DNA of 64,000 nucleotides from Mantamonas sphyraenae STR306 (GCA_026936335.1 JAPMXV010000039.1:168530-232529); one strand, 5' to 3'. Positions 25,415 to 35,923 are shown, numbered from the stretch's first letter. Numbers and translations are program-made. Notes: generated by a model from the letters alone, not told the origin.

Positions 25415-27490
25415 TCACACATGCTCAATCACCTCCTCTCTCCACTCTGTCCACAACGCCACACACTGCTCCCGAATCTCCCTCACACCACGCATAGCAT
25501 CCACAACCGCATGCCTGGCAATCCAGTCCCCATTCTGTGCCCTTGTGACCAACACCTCCATCCCAAGCATCCACTGTTCCCGTAGCACCTCCACTGCCTC
25601 TTTCCGCTTTCGCAGCACTCCCTGAAGCGCCTGCATGTGCCCAAACTGCAATCCCACCTCCTGTACAAACACTTTGCTCAGTAGCACTCCCATACGAACC
25701 TGCTTTGCCGTCTCTGTGCCACTACTGCTGCTGCTGCTGCCACTGCTAGACACGGCAGCTTCCGCCATCGCGTACAGCCGCCACAGTGCTTGCGTCAATG
25801 CTACCCGTTGCCACACGGATTCACTGCGCACTTTCCACACTCCCATCTTGCCATGTGCGCTGTCCACAGCCTCGATTGTGTCGACGCCAAGCAGCGTTCG
25901 CATCAGCGACAGGTGCACTTTCGCCTGAGCATCCTCCAGCTCGCTACTCGCGTGCAGCAGACGATACATGAGGATGGGATCGTGCAACACCATCACACTC
26001 TCCAGTCCCATATCCTGCCGCGGTGTGGTGCTCCACACCAGGTGTTGCTGTGCACACTCTCGCACCAAAGGCTCCTTCTGCTCGCCAAGGAAGCACACAA
26101 ACACACGCAGGGTGCCATGGCATGCCGCTTGTGTCTCTGCACTCGCTTTCAGTCTGCATGCACCGTCGCGTAGCCTCACTTGCACGGCACACCGCTCTGC
26201 CCACACAACCAACACACGCCAGCGCGTATCGTCCGCCTCGCGCATCCGATCGCTGCACTGCCACCGGGTGTGCACCCACGCACGCCCACGGACAAACTCC
26301 ACCTCGCTTTGCACGTGCAGGTGTGCCCCAATGTGTTCAAACACCTCCAACGCCCCGTGCACAAGGTCCAACTCTGCATCCAACGCACGACTGCGTGCCA
26401 CCAGCCCCTTTCTCTCCTCAGAAAGCTCGCCTATCCTCGTCAGCAACACCCGTTGGTCCGTAGGTGCTCTCCGCCCAGACACTCGATCCCCTCGCAGCTG
26501 CAACGCCTCTTCATGCCACACATAAAGCCGTTCACGCATGACCACCGCTACCCGCCCTCCTTGCAGCGACACGCACACCCCCTGTACACCCGTCAAGTGG
26601 CACTTCTTCGCATGTGCCTCCCCCTGTCCCGATGCAACCCGATACAACGCACGCTGACGGCCACCAACCACAAACACAACCCCATTCCCAGCACTGACTC
26701 CTGTCACCAGCTCGCCACGTACGTTTAGCTCATTCAGCACCCCGTTCTGGATGCATGTGCCTCGTGTGGACAGCACCAGCGAGCCAAACAGGCCCAGCAA
26801 CCGATCCTCGCCGCCCAACACGCCGTATTCCTGCATCTTGCCATCGTCCAGACTCACTCTCATCACTCGTCCGTCGTCCAATGGCACCAAGCGCGCCTCT
26901 CCGTCGTCCACAAGCGACACGTGAGTGCACTGTGCGTCCCATTGACACCCCATCGGAGGTGCAACGCTCACCCCAGCATCGCTCACCTCCTCCCACGACG
27001 TATCGTATTCGGTGCTAAACCACTGACCCTGCACATCGATTCCCGACACACTCCATGTCTCTGTCGTCCCTCTGTACTCCATCCACCTTGCCCCTGGACA
27101 GCTCAGCACGGGGTTGGGAAACGCCACTGCCTTCCCAAACACCCTGGGGCCTTGATGTGCTTCTGTACGCTTGTGCACCCGAGTCACACGTGATCCTTCC
27201 TGTGCTTTATAATCGCCCTGGACGTCCAATACATACACACAACCTGTGACATCCAGCAGCACGGCGCGCAAGTCGTCGTCGGTGATCAGGATCCTTCGCA
27301 CGCGTTCCTTGCCCCGATACACGGCAACAACGCGCCCGGCGTCAACCACCTGCACTAATGCACCCAACGCCACCACGGTCAGCTCTTGCCGCTCTGCACA
27401 TGCCAGCAACACGCCTGGGCGGGACCCGGCCCCACGCACAAGCAGCCCCATGCCAATATCTTGGGTTGGGTGGTGCCCTCGCGTTGGCAT
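25415..27490 (-). CDS. FAAP100: FAAP100-like Fanconi anaemia core complex protein (beta-propeller, coiled coil, beta-sandwich)
   Basis: Colinear resemblance to vertebrate FAAP100 as recalled: LVPLDDGRV~LCGLPDGQL, LLTRIGELSEERKGL~LLSGIGNISERVSFL, VRSESVWQRVALTQAL~VESSSLADICRAHHAV; start could be 27451. Confidence 0.6.
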   Translation of the reverse strand: MPTRGHHPTQDIGMGLLVRGAGSRPGVLLACAERQELTVVALGALVQVVDAGRVVAVYRGKERVRRILITDDDLRAVLLDVTGCVYVLDVQGDYKAQEGSRVTRVHKRTEAHQGPRVFGKAVAFPNPVLSCPGARWMEYRGTTETWSVSGIDVQGQWFSTEYDTSWEEVSDAGVSVAPPMGCQWDAQCTHVSLVDDGEARLVPLDDGRVMRVSLDDGKMQEYGVLGGEDRLLGLFGSLVLSTRGTCIQNGVLNELNVRGELVTGVSAGNGVVFVVGGRQRALYRVASGQGEAHAKKCHLTGVQGVCVSLQGGRVAVVMRERLYVWHEEALQLRGDRVSGRRAPTDQRVLLTRIGELSEERKGLVARSRALDAELDLVHGALEVFEHIGAHLHVQSEVEFVRGRAWVHTRWQCSDRMREADDTRWRVLVVWAERCAVQVRLRDGACRLKASAETQAACHGTLRVFVCFLGEQKEPLVRECAQQHLVWSTTPRQDMGLESVMVLHDPILMYRLLHASSELEDAQAKVHLSLMRTLLGVDTIEAVDSAHGKMGVWKVRSESVWQRVALTQALWRLYAMAEAAVSSSGSSSSSSGTETAKQVRMGVLLSKVFVQEVGLQFGHMQALQGVLRKRKEAVEVLREQWMLGMEVLVTRAQNGDWIARHAVVDAMRGVREIREQCVALWTEWREEVIEHV

Positions 27491-27618
27491 CGTTCTCACC
27501 AATCACCCCACACACACACACACACACACACACAGAGGAATTGCGCAAGAACACCATCGCATCCCCACCCGTCCCCCGGATCCTCCCAACGCAACACTGC
27601 CACTTCTCATGGCTTCCG

Positions 27619-30600
27619 ATGTCATCCACAAACACGTCGTCGTCGTCATCGTCCACGTCGTCGTCCCGTACCAACAATGCTAACCCCAGTGTCGACGGGT
27701 GAGTCCACGCACACAGCAGACCTGCTGCCCGATTGATCGATTCCCGGGAACCCAATCTGACGCTGCCTTCCCCCCCCCAGGTTTCGCGTGGAAGAGGCGT
27801 CCAGCATGCGTGAGCAAGACCCGCGCGGGGGTTCGTTCAAGGGTTACATGGAGATGAAGATGAGCAAGCTGAAGGAACAGTTTGCACAGGACGCGGTTCA
27901 GTCGCGGCGAAAGGGGGTGGGAAGCACCATTTTCGCGGGTGTCAGCATCTACGTCAACGGGTACACAAACCCCACCGAGTTTGAACTTAAGAAGCTAGTG
28001 GCTGCGCACGGAGGACAGTTTGAAGACTGGTACCGCAAGCGCAAGGTGACGCATGTTGTGGCCACCAAGCTGCCATACGCCAAGCTGCGTGAGCTGCGCG
28101 GCGAAAAGGTTGTTTCGCCAAAGTGGATCACAGACAGCATCCAAGCAGGGCGTCTCCTCGACTGTGCCGATTACATGTTGTATGCAGAACACAGCACCGA
28201 GCTGGCAGGGCAGCAGCAGCTCAGCAAGTCGCTTGCCGTGCAGGCACCGCGTGCCACAGGCCATGAAATGGACCTGTACAACCAACCCGTGGACAAGCGT
28301 GCCAGTGACACCCTTTCCATGTCCATCCACAAGAATGGCAACGTGAAAGCAGCCGGGGTGCGCCGTCCCACCGCTCTGGACGCTGCTGGCGATCCCAAGG
28401 CCTTCCTGCAGCACTTTTACAGCTCCTCTCGCCTCCACCACCTCTCCACCTGGAAGGGAGAGTTCCAGGATTTGGTAAACGAGCAGCGCAAGGAAGCCAT
28501 GGCAGCGCACGAGGAGGCAGCACGGGAAAAGGAGGAACAGGAACAGGCACGACGGGAGGCAAACGAGCAGCAGAAGCAGCAGCAACAAACCAGGCGTAGG
28601 AAACCGGACAGCACGTCACGTGTGATCATGCACGTGGACATGGACGCCTTCTTTGTGTCTGTGTACCTTCGTGACCATCCTGAGTTGGCAGACGAGCCTG
28701 TGGTGGTGTCACACGCAGGGCAGAACGGCAAGAGTGGCGATGTGGCGTCGTGCAACTACAAGGCACGCGAGTATGGCATTCGCAACGGCATGTGGATGGG
28801 CAAGGCGAAGCAGCTGTGTCCCAAGCTGACGATTGTGCCGTACCTGTTTGACAAGTACGAAGAGGTGTCGCAGGAAATCTATGCTGTCTTTTTCCAGCAC
28901 ACACCCAAGGTACAGGCAGTCAGTTGCGACGAGGCCCTGCTGGACGTGTCTCATGTGGATGCCAACGATGCCGAAGCGTTGGCAGAGGAGATCCGAGCCA
29001 GCATTGTGGCGAAAACGGGCTGCACTGCATCCGTGGGCATTGCACACAACATCTTGCTGGCCAAACTCGCCACTCGGAGAGCCAAGCCGGACGGTGTGTA
29101 TCACATGAAACCCGAACGGGTGGGTGAGTTCCTGCAGGATTTGCCCGTGCGTGATCTGCCTGGGGTGGGATGGAGCATGGAACGCAAGCTTGCCGAATCA
29201 CACATCGAAACCTGTGGGCAGCTGTTGGCACCGTCGCTGGTGCAACTGCAAGCCCTGTGTGGTTCCTCCACGGGCAAGATGTTGTACCAGTACGCACGTG
29301 GCGTGGATGAACGCCCGCTGAAGCTGAGCACGGAGAAGAAGAGCGTGGGCACAGATGTGAACTGGGGTGTGCGTTTCCAGGTGCACGAAGAGGCGGAACG
29401 CTTCATTCTGGAACTGTGTCGCGAAGTGTGTGCCAAGTTGCACCGCATCGACGACAACCCAAAGGCACGCAACATTGCGTTGAAGCTGAAGATCAGGCAT
29501 CCCGATGCGCCCATCGATCCGCCCAAGTTTCTCGGCCATGGCATGTGCAACAATGTCAACAAGAGTACGAGCCTAAGCTTGGCCACCGATGATCCCTCGC
29601 TCGTCCACAAGGAGGCCATGCGGATGTTCAACAGCATCGACCCTGTGATCACCGACGTGCGCGGGTGGGCCTGCATCTCGCGGCCTTTGAGTACCCCAAG
29701 GGCGAGCAACAGGCACGTTTGGACGATCTGTTCAGCAACAGTGCGGCTGTGAACAAGCGCAAGCGACGCAGGGAGGAAATGCGGGCGTTGGAAGGGAAGC
29801 AGCAGCAGCCGGGGCGCAACGATGGCGAGGAGCAGGAGAGAGACACAGACACAGACGGCATCGAGAGGGGGCACAAGCGATCTCGAGTGGACGAGGACGA
29901 CGCACTGCCCAGTTTGTCCCAAGTGGACATGGGAGTGTATGCAGAGTTGCCGGTGTGGATGCAACGCGAACTGCAGCAGCAGTATCGCCACCAACTGGGA
30001 AAGACAACCCAAGGCCAGGAGCAAGGTACGTTGACGCAACAGTTTGCATCGTCGTCGTCGTCTGAGTCACCCACAAAGTCGTCGGCACGGAGCAGCAAGA
30101 AGAAGGCCTCTGGGCAGAGTGCTGCCAACAAGCGCAGGGCACAACGTGAGCGTGCACGTGAGCAGATGCACGAGAATATCGACAAGGAGGTGCTCAACTC
30201 CCTTCCACCGGAGCTGCGCAAGGAAATCCTTGCCAATCCACTCGGTTTTGGGGTGCCACGAGGGGATGCGGCCGCCGGTGTGAATGTGAGTGCGAGCAGC
30301 AGCAGCAGCAGCCGCACAGACGTGTTGGCATTGCGTGAAGAGGAGGCCAGCCGCAACATGCGCTTCCACATGCCCCAGCGTGTGTGGAACCCCGTGGGCC
30401 TACACCACACTCCGTTGCACGACATCAAATGTGCGGTTGGGACATGGATGCGTGGCGTGCAGGCTGAAGGAGAGTCTGTGGGAGTGTGCTGCGACGTCTT
30501 GACGCAGCTTGTTGACATGCTGCTGCAACAAGGGCAGGTCGTCAAGACACACCGCTTCCTGATGTGGATGCGAAGGCGTGTGTCGTCGACGGCGGAAGAA

Positions 30601-30888
30601 GGTCAACACGACGCACACACAGACTCACTGGTGTGGATGGGCATTTTCAATCATGTCCTAGCACACACCAGCCAACGAGTGCGTCTCAACATCAAGGGCT
30701 TCCCAGGCGTAGCAGTGGACGAAGAGGAGGTTGTGGAAGAGGAGGCGGCCGACATTTCAGGTGTCAATGACGACGACGATGACGATGATGATGATGATGA
30801 CGACGATGATGACGACGATGCCAATGAGATGCAGGTGGTGGTGGTGGGCGCGGGCAAGGGCAGCCAAAACCGCATCGTGGCAGGATGA
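27619..30888 (+). CDS. REV1: REV1 translesion deoxycytidyl transferase; intron 27699-27780; frameshift at ~29663
   Basis: BRCT (IFAGVSIYVNGYTNP..VSPKWITDS), SRLHHLSTWK, HVDMDAFF, SCNYKAR, SCDE, UBM motifs (ELPVWMQREL, SLPPELRKEI); DVRG/VGL restored by adding one G. Confidence 0.95.
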
Positions 30889-32354
30889 GCAGCACGCTGT
30901 ACGATGAACTCGATGCGGAGGGTGGAGAGGAGGAAATGGACGACACGGTGGGGGACTACACCTGGGAACAGGGACTAGTCAAATCGTGGGCGGATCTGAA
31001 GGAGGATGAGAGCGGTAACTTGGTGGTGGAACATGTGGCCCAGGTGGCCAAACGCAAGAAGAAGCAGGCGGGAGGGGGCGTGGGACCGTCGGTGCGTAAA
31101 GGCATGATTCGATACGTGTTGCTTGTGCTCGACCTGTCCGCAGCCATCAAGGAGCAGCGTGACGCCAACATGAAGCCCACGCGGGAGAAGGCCGTGTTGC
31201 GGAGTTTGGACACGTTCATCCGTGAGTTCTTTGACCAGAACCCACTGTCCCAGATGGGCATTGTTGTCACCGCACACGGCCGCGCGGAAAAGGTGAGCGA
31301 ACTGGGCGGCAACCCACGCCAGCAGATTCGCAAGCTCAAGGAGTACAAAGACACAGAGAATGCCATGGGAGGCGCTGCCTCGCTGCAGAATGCACTCGAC
31401 GTGTGTCGCCTGTCCCTGTGTCACATTCCCTCCCATGGCTCTCGAGAGGTGCTCGTGTTGTTTTCCGCCCTCTCGACAAACGATCCCGGGAACAGTAAGT
31501 GGACGCCGTACTCGTGCGAGAGCGCTGCACACACACACACGTGGCTCACACACATCGTACGTGCGCTTGCGCATGCGCTGCTCACGTGTGTGTACACACA
31601 CATAGTTCACGAGACGTTTGAGGAGCTTGCCAAGGAGAAGATCCGCTGCTCTGTGGTCTCGCTCTCGGCAGAGATGTACGTGCTGAAGCAGCTGACGTTG
31701 TGTACGGGTGGTTCGTTGTCTGTGGCGCTGAATCGCAGCCATTTGCAAGAGTTGATGATTGCCCATTGCAGCCCGCCGGCGACGACGACGCAGGTGATGC
31801 CCGAGGCAACGCTGATTCGCATGGGTTTTCCCAAACGCGTGGTCAACCACAAGGCCAAGGTTCTGTGTGCCTGTCACTCGGAGCTCCAGGCTGAAGGGTT
31901 CAATTGTCCCCGGTGCGGCTCCCTGTGTTGCGAGTTGCCCACCAGTTGTCCCACATGCAACCTCTCCCTGGTCTCCTCACCCCATCTCGCTCGCTCCTAT
32001 CGCCATCTGTTCCCTGTGCCCCCGTATGTCGAGTCCACGGGCCATGACACACGCGGTCAGTGCGCTGCGTGCACCTTTGCCCTCGGTCGCTTCGCCTTTC
32101 AGTGCCCCCGGTGTGCACTGCTTGTGTGTGACGAGTGCGACACATACATCCACGACGACCTCCACACCTGTCCCGGCTGCGAAAACATGAGCAGCTCACA
32201 GAAACTGGCAGCCCTTGCAGCCGAGGCCGACGACGACGACGACGACGACGAGCAAGACGAAGCAGAAGACGACGACGATGAGATCGTCATGGTGATCAAC
32301 AAGACCAACAATGGGGCACAACGCACCACACATGATGGAATGGATGTGGAGTAG
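30885..32354 (+). CDS. GTF2H2: TFIIH subunit p44 (Ssl1); in-frame intron 31495-31605
   Basis: vWA domain (GMIRY, EFFDQNPLSQMG, SLQNAL, SREVL, DPGN/IHET), CPRC zinc finger, LVSSPHLARSYRHLFP, C-terminal Cys-rich domain. Confidence 0.96.
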   Translation: MSSTLYDELDAEGGEEEMDDTVGDYTWEQGLVKSWADLKEDESGNLVVEHVAQVAKRKKKQAGGGVGPSVRKGMIRYVLLVLDLSAAIKEQRDANMKPTREKAVLRSLDTFIREFFDQNPLSQMGIVVTAHGRAEKVSELGGNPRQQIRKLKEYKDTENAMGGAASLQNALDVCRLSLCHIPSHGSREVLVLFSALSTNDPGNSKWTPYSCESAAHTHTWLTHIVRALAHALLTCVYTHIVHETFEELAKEKIRCSVVSLSAEMYVLKQLTLCTGGSLSVALNRSHLQELMIAHCSPPATTTQVMPEATLIRMGFPKRVVNHKAKVLCACHSELQAEGFNCPRCGSLCCELPTSCPTCNLSLVSSPHLARSYRHLFPVPPYVESTGHDTRGQCAACTFALGRFAFQCPRCALLVCDECDTYIHDDLHTCPGCENMSSSQKLAALAAEADDDDDDDEQDEAEDDDDEIVMVINKTNNGAQRTTHDGMDVE

Positions 32355-32384
32355 CCGTTTGTCCTGCTCTTTTCTCTTCGCGAA

Positions 32385-33152
32385 ATGGCCAGGGCAACCT
32401 ACAAAAACCTGGCCCCGCTGCGCGATCGCGGCCTACCATTCTTCCTGCACCCCATGTCGCAACTCTCCACCGCATCCAAAAATGTTGTTGTGGCAGGTGC
32501 CACCGGTGCGGTTGGAAGCCGTGTGGTCCACTTCCTGGCATTGGACGATCGTGTGGAGGAAGTTCGGGCTCTCAGTCGTCGCGACATTGACGAAGATGCT
32601 GCCTGCGAATTGTTTGAGCTCGAAAAAGAGCAGTTGGCAAAGGTGAAGTGCTACAAGGTGGACTACGAGCAAGAAACGTTTCCAGACGAAGCCTTCGAAG
32701 GGGCCGGCATTGGCATTTCGTGCCTGGGCATCTACACGCGCGATGCGAAGGACGAAGAGCACTTTCGCCAGGTGGAAATCACGCACAACCTCCACGTGGC
32801 GACACGTGTGGCTGCCCAGGCACCGGGGGAGGCACGATGGTCCTATCTCAGTGGCCAAGGAGCCAAAGAGGGGGGCTGGGCGATGTTTGCACGCGTCAAG
32901 TACGACGCGGAAGAGGCGTTTCGCAGCGTCGAGGGGATGGGGCTTGCCGTGACGGTGCGTCCCGGAGGAATCACAGGCAGGAAACAGTACCTTTATTGGG
33001 GAGACAAGGTTGCCGAGTGGTTGCCCAAATCATTGACCATCCACGCGGACGAGATCGCCAAGGGGATGATTGCCGCGGTCTTGCTGCCCAAGGACGAGGT
33101 GGAGCTCGTGTACGAGAACAAGGAACTCAAAGAGCTTGCAGAGAAGCTTTGA
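32385..33152 (+). CDS. NAD(P)-binding atypical SDR oxidoreductase, TIP30/HTATIP2-like
   Basis: VVVAGATGAVG Rossmann motif, ALSRR, ISCLG, YLSGQGA, FARVKYDAE, VRPG. Confidence 0.8.
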   Translation: MARATYKNLAPLRDRGLPFFLHPMSQLSTASKNVVVAGATGAVGSRVVHFLALDDRVEEVRALSRRDIDEDAACELFELEKEQLAKVKCYKVDYEQETFPDEAFEGAGIGISCLGIYTRDAKDEEHFRQVEITHNLHVATRVAAQAPGEARWSYLSGQGAKEGGWAMFARVKYDAEEAFRSVEGMGLAVTVRPGGITGRKQYLYWGDKVAEWLPKSLTIHADEIAKGMIAAVLLPKDEVELVYENKELKELAEKL

Positions 33153-33201
33153 TGAAGATGATGAAGATGATGGTGGTTCTTTATCGTTTGTCCCTCAAAA
33201 A

Positions 33202-34712
33202 TCAATCCTCATGGGTCTTGCCGCCGTTGTTGCAACGAGGCACAGGGTATGTCTCACCCTTCACCTCCAACTGTGCATACTCACACTCGTACTGTCCACG
33301 GAAGGGGAACTCGCCAGCCTCACGCACCACGACGTTGTCAAACACCACCCCGGTCATCGGGTGTGTGGAGTTGCCCTTGATCACACCGGGTGACAGCCAC
33401 GGACGGTCCACAAACACGTCCTTGAGCACAATGTTGGCAAACGTCACACAGCCCTGCGTGGGACAGTGCTTGCTAATGGGATAATCCAGGGCACACTTGC
33501 GTCCCAATGCCTCGTGCGGCTCATGCTGCTGCTGCGGCCCAATCCAGATGGCCCACCAGCGTGGCTCCGTAATCGTCACGTTTTCGTACACAATGTTCTC
33601 GATGATGCCCGAGTTGCTTCCGTCACACGTTGGGTTGCTCTTGATGTAGATGCCCTTTGCAGTCTTGGGCATGTTGATGTCCCGAAAGGTGATGTTGCGC
33701 ACGCAGTTGACTGCAGGCACAGGAGGCACCGAACCAATGGATGCACCCACCCCCTGGAGGGTGAGACGTTCAAACACCATGTTCTCACTGCACTTGGAGT
33801 TGACACAATCGCCACTGCACGGCTTGACTGCAATCGAGTCGTCGTCGTTCACAATAGTGCAGTCGTGCACATACACATTCTTCCCACTGGGATCAATTCC
33901 GTCCGTGTTCAAATCCTCCAATTCCAACCCACCCAGTTCATGCTTGGCACGTCCGATGGACTCGGCCTTGGACTTGCGATCCACCTGGATGTGCACATTC
34001 CACACCTCCGCGGTGTCCACGTCGCCCAACCACACATGGTAATAGCCGGCGTCGTGCAGGAGCAAATCGTGCATGTCCACGTTGACACACTGCACCAAAA
34101 AGAACATGATGGGTCGTCCGTGCTTGATCTTGCCAAACAGCATGGCATCCCACCAGCCCTTGCCCTGGCCCTGCACCACACCACCCCCATTGATGGTGAT
34201 GTCCTTGCACTCCATCATGGTGATGAAGTTCAACACGTGGTCTCCCTTGCTGTTCAACGGCCAATCTTCCCAGCTGGCATGGGCTGCCAACACACCTTCA
34301 ATCGACACTTAGACACACACCAGCACCCACCAACAACGTGTCAGCACACCACACACACCCTCTTCCAATCTGCAAAGCCACCCACCCACCCTTCCAACAT
34401 AGAAAGCACTCCTGTCGACAACTCACGTGTGATGTTCTGGGTGCCGTTCTGAGCACGGAACGGATGTGTGGTGAACCAGTTGGCTTCGTTGTTCACGTTC
34501 TTGTCCCCCACCGCAGGGATGACAATCACATCGCCCGGTTTGGCGCTGTCAAACGCCTTGTTGATGGCCACTGCATTGGCCTTGGCTGCCTCCAGGCTGT
34601 TGTCGCCTGCCTTGGCTCCCATGGAGCGTACGTCAATCACAGCTGCGTTGGCCACACTCACAAGCACACACGCCACCACAAACACCGTGCTCCATGCAAA
34701 CGTTGTTCTCAT
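33202..34712 (-). CDS. Secreted GH28 polygalacturonase-like glycosidase, copy 2; intron 34308-34426
   Basis: Signal peptide MRTTFAWSTVFVVACVLVSVANA; same motifs and same phase-1 intron position as copy 1. Confidence 0.9.
33216..33921 (-). repeat. Right arm of 706-bp inverted repeat (partner 24642-25347)
   Basis: Direct sequence comparison; antisense ORF translations are also identical over most of the tract. Confidence 0.95.
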
Positions 34713-35036
34713 GGCCTCTTTCTGTGTCCCCACCATTCCCTTGCATGTGTCAGTGCCCTTCCACAACTCCATCTGTGTCTCAAACGCCTGTGCACACGCG
34801 TAAAAACCCACAAAGCACTTCCGTTGCCGGAAATGCGCGTGGATGCCACAATTGCCAAAGTCTCCCCCTTTGTCAACCCAAACCACACACACCACACACA
34901 CACACATTCAATGTGAATCCCATCCCCTCCCACACGGCCCAATCCAACATGCACACAACACACACACATGGTCAACGCACAACAAACAAAAAAAAGATTG
35001 GCGGCCAGGACGCCAACCCAACCCAACCCCACCACA

Positions 35037-35576
35037 ATGTCCGACAAGCAGGGAGGACAGGCAGAGGAGGAGGCGAGTGAGCCAAAGCAAAGGCAGGCAA
35101 AGTCGGCGTCGCAGTTGGAAACCATCAGTGCTCACATGGAAGAGTTCAAGAACGCCTCCATGGAGGAGCACAAGAGCTGATTTAAAAAGACATTGAAGAA
35201 GCTGTTCAACATGGGTGCGGATGCCCTGCGTGCTGTGGGCAACAAGATCGATGATGCCCAACATGAGGATGGGGAGGAGGATGGCGAGACCGAGGAGGAT
35301 GGCGAGACCGAGGAAGAGGAGGACGTGGTTGATGCGGATGCTGCTCCTTCCGCTTCTTCACACACGGCTACGGCCGCCAGTGTGTACGAAGCGACGTGGT
35401 TTACACGTGCCACCTCCTCCTCCTCCTCCTCCTCCTCTCCACCCCTTCCCCGTGTGCATACGCATGTGGGCATGGCAGCAGCAGCTGTACACCTGCCAGC
35501 TGGTGTGCTGAACAGAAATTCCGCCGACCCAACTCTGCTCGCCCCGTACTTCTTTCTGGACGAGCAGTTGATGTAA
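35037..35576 (+). CDS. Small acidic protein with in-frame TGA at codon 48 (35178-35180); candidate selenoprotein
   Basis: ORFs 34968..35180 and 35193..35576 share a frame; helical EEFKNASMEEHKS*FKKTLKKLF pattern continues across the TGA; SECIS-like hairpin downstream. Confidence 0.6.
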
Positions 35577-35725
35577 ATTGGCCCACCCAATTGTTTGGCC
35601 TTAAGGCCACCACAAGACAAACGCCCCCAAATGTGGCATGATGATGATTCATCATTCCAAAATCACTCTCCTTCAATGTCGAAAACACCACCGCCAACCC
35701 AACTTCCCCCCACACAAAAAAATTA

Positions 35726-35790
35726 CGGCTCAGGACGTGCCTTGCGAGAAACCACACCGTCGATTGCGTGTGTTCCAAGGTGCCGAAGTC
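35726..35790 (+). promoter_or_regulatory. Putative type II SECIS element with non-canonical AGGA/GA core
   Basis: AGGAc-gtgccttg(c)gag-AAA-c-cacac[loop]gtgtg-ttc-caaggtgc-cGAa: tandem GA/GA, 11-bp helix II, unpaired AAA, apical mini-helix. Confidence 0.55.
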
Positions 35791-35923
35791 ACTCTACGAC
35801 CCACGGGGGGATTGGTTGTGGCACCAAAGAGATGAAACCCCCAGATTTCAACACACACACACACTCTCTCTCTCTCCGCCTGCTGCGCCATTGTGGCCCA
35901 CGTTGCTGTTTTGGTTGGCATCC

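Noticed and set aside
24642-33921. Transposon with terminal inverted repeats
   Set aside because: Arms are GH28 coding sequence; no transposase or target-site duplication; cargo is housekeeping genes
35178-35180. Genome-wide UGA reassignment
   Set aside because: Many well-defined genes here (MDN1, COMMD10, ADSS, B9D2, AMPK) end in TGA at the expected C-terminus
35470-35515. Alternative SECIS candidate cagcagcagctg..cagctggtgtgctg
   Set aside because: Forms a hairpin but lacks a tandem GA/GA core and apical AA, and lies within the ORF
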